Assembly (NCBI RefSeq): GCF_000025505.1
Contig: NC_013849.1
Location: 51,250 to 83,249, forward strand
DNA: 32,000 nucleotides
Reading direction: 5' to 3'
Origin: Ferroglobus placidus DSM 10642
GTDB lineage: Archaea > Halobacteriota > Archaeoglobi > Archaeoglobales > Archaeoglobaceae
Position 1 is the stretch's first letter. Each line of letters begins with the position of its first letter. Below the pieces are notes generated by a model. That model worked only from the letters and a program-made list of their open reading frames with translations, had not been told where the DNA came from and did not search any database. This document shows, piece by piece, positions 15,144-22,405 of this stretch. The position numbers were made by a program, and so were the translations under genes.

Positions 15144-17015
15144 CTATTCTTCGGCTCTCTTCACAATCGTTACTACTCCCTTATCTCCGTCCACCCTGAT
15201 TATATCTCCGGTTTTTATCACCTGCGTAGCTATTCCCGTTCCGGTAACTGCTGGAATTCCGTATTCCCTACAAACTATCGCAGCGTGACTCGTCAATCCT
15301 CCTATGTCGGTCACAGCAGCTTTTATTTTCGTGAAAACGGGAGCCCAGCTCGGATTAGTATTTGGACAGACGAGAATCTCTCCCTCCTGCACCTGATCTA
15401 TCTCATCCAAGAACCTTATAACTCTGGCTTTCCCTTCAACAACTCCAGATGAAGATGCAAATCCTTTTATTTCCGTGACTTCCTCCGGTCGGTAGGTAAC
15501 ACCTTTAATCCACTCGCTGACTTTCTCCGAAGTTATTCCCCAGAGCATCACGGTAAATGGTTCCGTTACCTCTTCAGGAACGGTTCCCAAAGCTGGCGGA
15601 GGAGTCCAGTTCCTCGCTGCTTCGAGAATCTTCTTTCTCTTTTGAGCTTTTCTCTTCCAGTATTCAGCTCTCGGCGGCACGTTTTCTCCCAGAGCCCAAG
15701 CGGTGACGAGATCTTCAATGATCATTGGAATTTCGAAGCGATTGAAGAGGAAGATGTCGTCCACTTCGTTTAGCATTCCGTACCTGACGAAAAGTTTTCC
15801 GAACTCTCTCATTTTCTCAAAAACTATCGTGTGGAACCAGTGCTCGACCCAGAAGAGGTGGTTTTCGGCGTAATCGTAAATGTCTCTGACAATCTTGTAC
15901 GCTTCGTCGAACGCTTTTCTATCTTCGTCGGTTTTGATTAGCTTTCTGTACTCCTCAACGAGCTTTTCTCTCGCTTTGTGGATCTCGTCGATGTCTCTCT
16001 CTATCGTCTCACCTTTTTCAAGCATCTCTATGTAGCTTTTTAAGTAGCTGAAGGGGACTTCAAGGGTGTTTATCCAGCTTCCCTCGTAGTGGAACCATCC
16101 GCTACCGCAGGAGACGTAGAACCACGGATCTTTCGCCTCGTCAAATGCTCTAAGCCACTCTCTCCCTTCAGGAAAAATCTTTAATTCCTCAATCTTCTCC
16201 TCCGGGCTTTTGTCCGATTTCAGTATTTCCACAACCCTACCTCCAAGGGAAATGGCGAGCCTCGCAAGTTTTGCAAGCTCTTCTTGCGGTCGAAACATCA
16301 CCACGTCAGCTCCGGCTACCATCTTACCTATCGTGGACTCGCTTATTCCGGGGAAAAGCTTTCTGACAACGTCAGCAAAAGTCAGATAAGCCAAGTAGCT
16401 CAGATTTAGGTACTGGAAGTGGTACTGCCAAGCTTTGAATATCGCATCTATCAGCTTGTCGTAGGCTTCCATCAAGTCGTAGGAGGAATAGTACCCTCTT
16501 GGCTCCGGAATTACCCTTTCCTCTGGCTCAAAGGTTGGCAAATCAGGAACTTCTATGTTCTTAACGTACTCTCCGAGCTCTCTGAACTTCTTTTCCCACT
16601 TTTCATACAACTTCTCGCTCTTGTAATTCTGAAAAACCCAGAAAGCTCTTTTTTGAAACAGCTCGGCTTTCTTCTTAATCGTTTCCTCGCTTGGAGGCTC
16701 TACTGCGCAGATGTAGAAGTAGCAACCGAGAATTCTCTGGGCAACTCCCTGCGCTGGAGGAATGCAGAAGACCCTCGTGTTGTACTGAGATAAAGCGATC
16801 TGCCAAGCTTCGTGGAAGATCAAGTCGAAGGGATACATTGGATCTGGCGCGTGTATTTTGTCGAGGTACCAGAACTGCCTTTCTTCCCACTCTTTTCTCT
16901 CTTCGCTGAATATGTAGTGGGGTGGATACATCTCTTCCCATCCTTCAAGCTCCTTTGGAACTTCCACTTCCAGCGGTTTAGGAAATCCGTTTCCCAAAAC
17001 TACCACCTCACCCAA
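15144..17015 (-). CDS. Phosphohistidine-swivel subunit of a split PEP-synthase-like dikinase with a large unique N-terminal domain (PpsA-like)
   Basis: 623 aa with a TTG start (alternative GTG 9 nt downstream). The C-terminal ~90 aa is a PEP-utilising mobile domain (ILVCPNTNPSWAPVF...DIGGLTSHAAIVCREYGIPAVTG, His577). The N-terminal ~500 aa has no ATP-grasp and no PEP/pyruvate-binding barrel motifs that I recognise. Confidence 0.7.
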   Translation of the reverse strand: MGEVVVLGNGFPKPLEVEVPKELEGWEEMYPPHYIFSEERKEWEERQFWYLDKIHAPDPMYPFDLIFHEAWQIALSQYNTRVFCIPPAQGVAQRILGCYFYICAVEPPSEETIKKKAELFQKRAFWVFQNYKSEKLYEKWEKKFRELGEYVKNIEVPDLPTFEPEERVIPEPRGYYSSYDLMEAYDKLIDAIFKAWQYHFQYLNLSYLAYLTFADVVRKLFPGISESTIGKMVAGADVVMFRPQEELAKLARLAISLGGRVVEILKSDKSPEEKIEELKIFPEGREWLRAFDEAKDPWFYVSCGSGWFHYEGSWINTLEVPFSYLKSYIEMLEKGETIERDIDEIHKAREKLVEEYRKLIKTDEDRKAFDEAYKIVRDIYDYAENHLFWVEHWFHTIVFEKMREFGKLFVRYGMLNEVDDIFLFNRFEIPMIIEDLVTAWALGENVPPRAEYWKRKAQKRKKILEAARNWTPPPALGTVPEEVTEPFTVMLWGITSEKVSEWIKGVTYRPEEVTEIKGFASSSGVVEGKARVIRFLDEIDQVQEGEILVCPNTNPSWAPVFTKIKAAVTDIGGLTSHAAIVCREYGIPAVTGTGIATQVIKTGDIIRVDGDKGVVTIVKRAEE

Positions 17016-17054
17016 AAGTTTTCAAACAATAAATAATTAGAAATATTTAGCTCT

Positions 17055-17074
17055 TTGTCAACAATTGTCATTGA
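17055..17074. promoter_or_regulatory. Dyad motif copy B (TTGTCAA-N8-ATTGA) upstream of the PpsA-like gene
   Basis: TTGTCAACAATTGTCATTGA lies 40-59 nt upstream of start 17015, with an adjacent A/T box AAATATTTAG (17041..17050). The 25-mer 17053..17077 is 21/25 identical to 17175..17199. Confidence 0.45.
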
Positions 17075-17176
17075 AAAGTTTAAAAGCTAAGTGCTAATTC
17101 GAATTGATCGAATTTTTCTTTGGCAGCGGGTTAATTCACAAGCAGAGTCTTGGTGTGCTCGGAAACGTAAATAACT

Positions 17177-17196
17177 TTGTCAACACCTGACGTTGA
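17177..17196. promoter_or_regulatory. Dyad motif copy C (TTGTCAA-N8-GTTGA) in the PpsA-like/Nudix divergent intergenic region
   Basis: TTGTCAACACCTGACGTTGA lies 37-56 nt upstream of the Nudix ATG 17233, with an adjacent A/T box GTAAATAAC (17166..17174). Confidence 0.45.
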
Positions 17197-17232
17197 AAAA
17201 TCTTCTTATTGCTTCGCTCTTTTAAATTCTCC

Positions 17233-17652
17233 ATGAAGTTTGAGGTGATCGTCAGAGGCATTGTTAAGGATGGAGACAAAGTTCTCATCGGATTGAAGAG
17301 AAGGGACGATCCTCACCCGCTACAAGGTGAGTGGCACTTCCCCGGGGGAAGGTTGGAGTACGAAGAGAATCCTTGGGAGGCTGTTGAAAGGGAGATCGAG
17401 GAAGAGACCGGGTATAAAGTAAAGGCGGAGAGGATTATCGACGTCATTCCTAAAAAGCTCATCTGGCCGAACGAAATTGGAGAGCAGCAAACGCTACACG
17501 TAGTCTTTTCTTGCAAACTACTCGGAGGGAAAGCAAAAGCGGGAGACGATGTTGAAGAGGTCAAGTGGATTTCTGTGGAGGAGATAGACCGCTACTTGAA
17601 AAAAGAGTTTCTGCTGGAATCGAGTTTAGTTAGGGAGTTCATCGAATCTTGA
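17233..17652 (+). CDS. Nudix hydrolase (MutT family)
   Basis: The Nudix box GGRLEYEENPWEAVEREIEEETG matches GX5EX7REUXEEXGU. I prefer ATG 17233 (MKFEVIVRG...) over the TTG 17209 used in the ORF track. The 3' end overlaps the TrmB-like gene by 27 nt (convergent). Confidence 0.85.
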   Translation: MKFEVIVRGIVKDGDKVLIGLKRRDDPHPLQGEWHFPGGRLEYEENPWEAVEREIEEETGYKVKAERIIDVIPKKLIWPNEIGEQQTLHVVFSCKLLGGKAKAGDDVEEVKWISVEEIDRYLKKEFLLESSLVREFIES

Positions 17653-18402
17653 TAGGATTAGATCTCTTATCGCCCTCGATATGTCTCTGTTCTTCAAAAC
17701 TACGGCTTCGTCGTACCACCTTCTCTCTTTTAAGCTACCTTCCGAAGGCATTATTATCGCCTCTTCGCAGTCTCTAACGTACATCCTCGCGGAGGATTTG
17801 AATTCCGAGCAGATGGCTACTTTGCTCAAAGTCTCTACTATATCCTTCGGAAGCTCGCTGAGGGGGGCGAGCAGATATATTTTCACACCCCTTTCACTTG
17901 CTTCGAATATCTCGGGCTTGTACTCGTAAACTATCCTAATAGATTCGTTGCTTGTGGCAGCGATGGCGAGCTCTTCGTCGCTTCTGTTTATAAACTCCTT
18001 AATCGTGCTTATCAACACCCTCCTCCCCGTCACTTCGTAGGAAATCGTGTTCGATACGTTTCCCCTTACACCTATTGACCTTACAATGTTAAGAAATTCC
18101 TCTCTCAATTTGAACAAATTATACAGTCTCTTCTCAACATCTCTTATGAGCATCGAAGTAGCCACTTCCGGAGACACAGCGTAGTACCTTCTCGGCTTCT
18201 GCGCGGAAACGTAGATTAACCCTTTTTCACTCAAATTTTCCAGGATGTCGTAGATTCTCTGTCTGGTCAATCCAACTTCCTTGGCTAACTCGCTGACTGA
18301 AGCCCCGGACTTCTTCAGTAGGAGCAGGTATATTTCAGCCTCCGTCTTACTCAAACCCAGATCTTCCAGAATGTTTGTCAACCGTGACTTATATTCCTGC
18401 AT
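17626..18402 (-). CDS. TrmB-family transcriptional regulator
   Basis: 258 aa. The N-terminal wHTH is LGLSKTEAEIYLLLLKKSGASVSELAKEVGLTRQRIYDILENLSEKGLI, followed by a coiled-coil arm and a C-terminal effector-type domain, typical of TrmB-like proteins. Confidence 0.8.
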   Translation of the reverse strand: MQEYKSRLTNILEDLGLSKTEAEIYLLLLKKSGASVSELAKEVGLTRQRIYDILENLSEKGLIYVSAQKPRRYYAVSPEVATSMLIRDVEKRLYNLFKLREEFLNIVRSIGVRGNVSNTISYEVTGRRVLISTIKEFINRSDEELAIAATSNESIRIVYEYKPEIFEASERGVKIYLLAPLSELPKDIVETLSKVAICSEFKSSARMYVRDCEEAIIMPSEGSLKERRWYDEAVVLKNRDISRAIRDLILSRFDELPN

Positions 18403-18560
18403 TACAATGTATTGAAATTCAAAGCATTACTTAAACCTTTCCACCAGCCTCCATTTAAATTAAATGTTGGTTATGGAAACTTCCAAGCTAAATCTGTAAA
18501 ATTGAAAATTTGACACAATTTTATCTACATTAAACATTACGGTAGTTTTTAGGTGGTAGG

Positions 18561-20090
18561 ATGGGGGAGTTTATAGAAAAAAAGGACTACTTCGGAGTGA
18601 GGTTTCCGATACCGAGAGATCTGAGAGCTTTCATTGAAATACTTGAGAAGGAGGGAGAGTTGAAGAGAATAAAAGCGGAGGTCGATTGGAATCTCGAATT
18701 GTCGCACATAGCAAAGCTGAATGAAGAAAGAAGCGGTCCGGCTTTACTCTTCGAGAACATAAAGGACTACAAGCCGGGAGAGAAGAGGGGAAGCAAAGTA
18801 TTCACTTCAGCTTTCACAACTCCGAAAAGGGTTGCGATAGCTTTGGGAATGGACAGAAGCGCTGGGGTTGTTGACATAGCGAGAGAATGGATGACGAGAG
18901 TTACGAAGGGAGGAAAGATTCCTCCGAAGAAAGTTAGCGATGGACCAGTTATGGAGAACGTAGTTGAGGGGGACAAAATTAATTTGCTCGATTTTCCAGT
19001 GCCGCAGGTTTATCCTCAGGACGGTGGCAGATACTTCGGCACGGCAGTTTACTTATTAACTAAAGATCCAGAGAAGGGGAAGGAGTGGGTAAATCTCGGC
19101 ACATACAGAATGATGGTCCTCGACGAGAAGAGCTTGGGTGTTCAGATTCTCAAGGGAAAGGATGCCGACGTGATGATGCAAAAGTACAGGGAAATGGGAG
19201 AAAAGGAGATGCCAGCAGCAGCAGTTATCGGAGGAACCCCTCTCGGCTTCCTAACTGGAAGCACCCTCGTCGAATACGGGACGAGCGAGTACGAGATAAT
19301 CGGTGCTTTGCAAGGTGAGCCAGTAGAAGTTATCGAGAGCGATTTGACCGGTTTGCCTATAGATGCGAGGGCAGAAATTGTCGCGGAGGGATTCATTCCG
19401 GTTGACGAAAAAGAGTGGAGACCCGAGGGACCTTTCGGAGAGTACACTGGCTACTACTCAGGAAAAGCTAAAGAGGAATTTCCAAAGCCTTGGATTAGAG
19501 TGGAGAGGATAATGCATAGAAACGATCCGATATTCTGGGTGACAACTGTCGGAAGACCGGTTACTGACACGCACATGATTCAGTCTATAAACAGAACAGC
19601 CGAGCTATGGACTCAGCTCGAACAGATGGGAGTTCCGGGAATACAGTCCGTCTACATACCTCCAGAAAGCGGTGGAAGATTCTGGGCGATAATTTCTATA
19701 AAGCAGATGTATCCGGGACACGGAAGGCATGCAGGATTGGCAGCTTTCGCCACAGTCGTCGGAAACTACGGAATGAAGGGAGTCATTGTTGTAGATGACG
19801 ACATAAGAGCTGATGATTTGCCGAGAGTCTGGTGGGCTTTGTCGGTGAGGTACAACCCGGTCGAAGACACCGAGATTATAAAGAAGGGTAGGTCAACGCC
19901 TTTAGATCCCTCACTGCCGATATACAAGGACTGGTACGACAGAAGGTTGCTGGTTTCGAGAATCCTCATAGATGCAACGACTCCCTACGAATGGGAGAGG
20001 AAGCCGCAGGTTATAGAGCTCGACAAAGAAACTGTGGAAAAGCTGAAGCAGAGGTGGGACGAGTTCGGCTTCGACTGGAAGCCGGAGTAA
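18561..20090 (+). CDS. ubiD: UbiD-family prFMN-dependent (de)carboxylase
   Basis: 509 aa. UbiD-family hallmarks are NLGTYRMMV, EGPFGEYTGYYS and RFWAIISIKQ. An AGGTGGT RBS precedes it. It is the first gene of a 4-gene operon that ends with UbiX. Confidence 0.85.
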   Translation: MGEFIEKKDYFGVRFPIPRDLRAFIEILEKEGELKRIKAEVDWNLELSHIAKLNEERSGPALLFENIKDYKPGEKRGSKVFTSAFTTPKRVAIALGMDRSAGVVDIAREWMTRVTKGGKIPPKKVSDGPVMENVVEGDKINLLDFPVPQVYPQDGGRYFGTAVYLLTKDPEKGKEWVNLGTYRMMVLDEKSLGVQILKGKDADVMMQKYREMGEKEMPAAAVIGGTPLGFLTGSTLVEYGTSEYEIIGALQGEPVEVIESDLTGLPIDARAEIVAEGFIPVDEKEWRPEGPFGEYTGYYSGKAKEEFPKPWIRVERIMHRNDPIFWVTTVGRPVTDTHMIQSINRTAELWTQLEQMGVPGIQSVYIPPESGGRFWAIISIKQMYPGHGRHAGLAAFATVVGNYGMKGVIVVDDDIRADDLPRVWWALSVRYNPVEDTEIIKKGRSTPLDPSLPIYKDWYDRRLLVSRILIDATTPYEWERKPQVIELDKETVEKLKQRWDEFGFDWKPE

Positions 20091-20113
20091 ATTTCTAATT
20101 TTTTATTTTCGAG

Positions 20114-20821
20114 GTGGTAAATTTGGTTAAGTGGATCGGCTTCGATTACGGACAATGCTTGATGGACTCTTCGAACAGAAAAGTCGAGTACTGGATGGCA
20201 GCAGTTTTCATAGACGAAGAAAAGGAAAGACCGGGGATAATAAACGAGAAGGTGAAGCTTTACAACGAGCTGATAGAGAAGTACGGAGATTTTAGAAGGT
20301 TGCACGAAAAGGGGAGGCACGAGGTTGAGGAGAAAGTTCTCGAGAACAATCCGTGTTTGATAAAGAGGTATTACGAAGTGGAACAAAAGCTTCTAAAACC
20401 AGCGGATGGAGCTGAAGACGCTCTGAGGTATCTGAAAAAGAAGGGCTACGTTCTCGACGTAGTTTCTGATATGAGCACGGTGAACGTGATAATCAATTTC
20501 CTAAACAACTACAACCTCCGCCACTTCTTCTCCAACATCTACTCCCCTATTGGTGTTGTTAGAGAGAGCGGAGAAATCGACGAGAGCTTTAAAGGAGTTT
20601 CAAAGGAAGACGGAAGCCTTTACGAGAAGTTGAAGGAAGACCTCGAGAGGAGAGGAATTGACGTTTCCGAGGCTGTAATGGTTGGAGATCATCCGGTGAA
20701 GGATGTTGAAATGGCAAAGAAGTACGGATTCATAACCGTCCACTACGACGTGAAAGGAAAACCTTCGGACAAAGCGGATTACGTAATAAGCCACTTCTCG
20801 GAGCTTAAAAAGATATTTTAA
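20114..20821 (+). CDS. HAD-superfamily hydrolase-fold protein with a non-canonical motif I
   Basis: Motif I is WIGFDYGQCL (the nucleophile Asp is present; the Asp+2 position is Gly). Motif II is LDVVSDMS and motif IV is VMVGDHPVKDVEMA. The likely start is TTG 20123, 5 nt after the GAGGTGG RBS, rather than GTG 20114. Confidence 0.65.
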   Translation: MVNLVKWIGFDYGQCLMDSSNRKVEYWMAAVFIDEEKERPGIINEKVKLYNELIEKYGDFRRLHEKGRHEVEEKVLENNPCLIKRYYEVEQKLLKPADGAEDALRYLKKKGYVLDVVSDMSTVNVIINFLNNYNLRHFFSNIYSPIGVVRESGEIDESFKGVSKEDGSLYEKLKEDLERRGIDVSEAVMVGDHPVKDVEMAKKYGFITVHYDVKGKPSDKADYVISHFSELKKIF

Positions 20822-20830
20822 GGGGTCGAT

Positions 20831-22405
20831 ATGCCCATTTCCGGAGAAAAGTTCGAATTTAACGTTCCGGAAAGAATGAATTTAGCGGAGATCGTTGTTG
20901 ACAGGCAAGCTGAAAGGTTTCCAGAAAAAACGGCAATTGTTTGCGTTGGAAGCGAAAAAATGGGAATAAAAGAGGAGAAGGTAACATTTAAAGAGTTGAA
21001 AGATTTGACGAATAAAGCTGCGAACGCTTTTATTAATGAAGGAATGAGCTTTGACGACAGAGTTCTAATAGTTTTGCCCGACTCCATAGACTTCTACATC
21101 GCCTTTTACGGAGCTATAAAGCTCGGAGCCGTGCCAGTGCCTGTAAACACGTATCTTTTCGAGGAGGATTACGCTTACTTCTTGGAAGATTCCCGGGCTA
21201 AATTTGCGGTAATTTACAGCGGTTTCGAAAAAGCTTTGAAAGCAGCTGAAAATTCGAAGTATCTCAAAGAAGTTTTTACTGAAAAAGATTTGAGGGAACT
21301 TACGAATAAAGCATCTTCGGAATTCGAACCTTTAAAGCTCAGCAAGGATTCGATGGCTTTCTGGCTTTACAGTTCCGGAACGACCGGAAAGCCGAAGGGA
21401 GTTGTTCATCTCCACCACGATCCGATCTTCGTTTGCGAAAGCTATCACAGAAGAGTTCTCGGACTGAGCAGCGAAGACGTGTGCTACTCCGTTAGCAAGC
21501 TCTTCTTCGCCTACGGACTCGGAAGCTGCGGATACGGTAGTTTATACTTCGGGGCAACAGTGGTGGTTGATCCGGAAAGACCCGATCCGGAGAGAGCTGC
21601 AGAAATACTCGAAAAATACGGAGTTACAGCTTTGTTTACCGTCCCATCTTTCTACGCGAGGCTCGTAGAAATTGATAGGGATGTGAAGCATAAGTTAAGA
21701 ATCGCTGTGAGCGGAGGAGAGCCTTTGCCGGAAGCTGTATGGTACAAGTTCAAAGAGAAGTTCGGAGTTGAGATAGTTGAGCATATAGGATCAACCGAGG
21801 CTTTGTACGCTTTCATCGGTCACTATCCGGGGAAAGTCAAGCCCGGATACACCGGAGTCGTAATGCCCGGGTGGGAGGTTAAGCTTGTCGACGAGAACGG
21901 AAACGAAATAGTCGAGGACGGGATTCCCGGCAAACTTTTGATTAAGGGTGACTCGGTGGCTGCTTTTTACTGGGAAAAGCACGAAAAGACGAAAAAAGCC
22001 TTTCTCGGAGAGTGGTACGACACTGGCGACACCTTCGTTAAAGAGGGCGAATACTTCAAGTACCACGGAAGGGCAGACGACTTGATAAAAACGAGAGGGC
22101 TTTGGGTTTCTCCGGTTAAAGTTGAGAACGCTTTATTAAAGCATCCGGCGATAGAAGAATGCGCAGTTGTGCAGGGATTTAACGAGAAAAAACTCGAGGT
22201 CGTTGCGGCTTACGTTGTTCTAAGGAAAGGATACGACGAAAGCGTTGTGGATGATGTAAAAAGATTTTTGAGGGAGCAGGGGCTGAAAGGCTTCGAAATC
22301 CCTGAGAAATGGGTTTTTGTCAGAGAACTTCCGAGAACCGCTACTGGAAAAATTCAAAAATACAAGTTGAGGATGAAAGAGTTTGAGGAGGCGTTTGGGA
22401 AATGA
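20831..22405 (+). CDS. Aryl-CoA ligase, benzoate/4-hydroxybenzoate-CoA ligase family
   Basis: 524 aa. AFWLYSSGTTGKPKGVVHLHHD matches the FWLYSSGSTGxPKG signature I associate with benzoate-CoA ligases. It also has YDTGDTF...GRADDLIK and a C-terminal PRTATGKIQKYKLR. Confidence 0.75.
   Translation: MPISGEKFEFNVPERMNLAEIVVDRQAERFPEKTAIVCVGSEKMGIKEEKVTFKELKDLTNKAANAFINEGMSFDDRVLIVLPDSIDFYIAFYGAIKLGAVPVPVNTYLFEEDYAYFLEDSRAKFAVIYSGFEKALKAAENSKYLKEVFTEKDLRELTNKASSEFEPLKLSKDSMAFWLYSSGTTGKPKGVVHLHHDPIFVCESYHRRVLGLSSEDVCYSVSKLFFAYGLGSCGYGSLYFGATVVVDPERPDPERAAEILEKYGVTALFTVPSFYARLVEIDRDVKHKLRIAVSGGEPLPEAVWYKFKEKFGVEIVEHIGSTEALYAFIGHYPGKVKPGYTGVVMPGWEVKLVDENGNEIVEDGIPGKLLIKGDSVAAFYWEKHEKTKKAFLGEWYDTGDTFVKEGEYFKYHGRADDLIKTRGLWVSPVKVENALLKHPAIEECAVVQGFNEKKLEVVAAYVVLRKGYDESVVDDVKRFLREQGLKGFEIPEKWVFVRELPRTATGKIQKYKLRMKEFEEAFGK

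Noticed and set aside
15111-15452. 113-aa plus-strand ORF starting in the PpsA-like/PpsB-like intergenic region
   Set aside because: It is antisense to the conserved His-swivel domain coding region, has a TTG start and has no motifs. At most it marks a possible antisense transcript, not a protein.
13974-17015. Calling the two genes a bona fide (gluconeogenic) PEP synthase or pyruvate phosphate dikinase
   Set aside because: Neither protein contains the C-terminal PEP/pyruvate-binding TIM-barrel domain. The ATP-grasp and His-swivel parts are on separate polypeptides, and about 500 aa of the larger one are unrelated to PpsA. The substrate is therefore something other than pyruvate.
17096-17121. 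Hairpin AATTCG-AATTGAT-CGAATT followed by TTTTCTTT in the PpsA-like/Nudix intergenic region
   Set aside because: It has only a 6-bp AT-rich stem and there is no upstream gene to terminate in either direction. It is probably chance, or part of the promoter architecture already covered by the dyad-motif finding.
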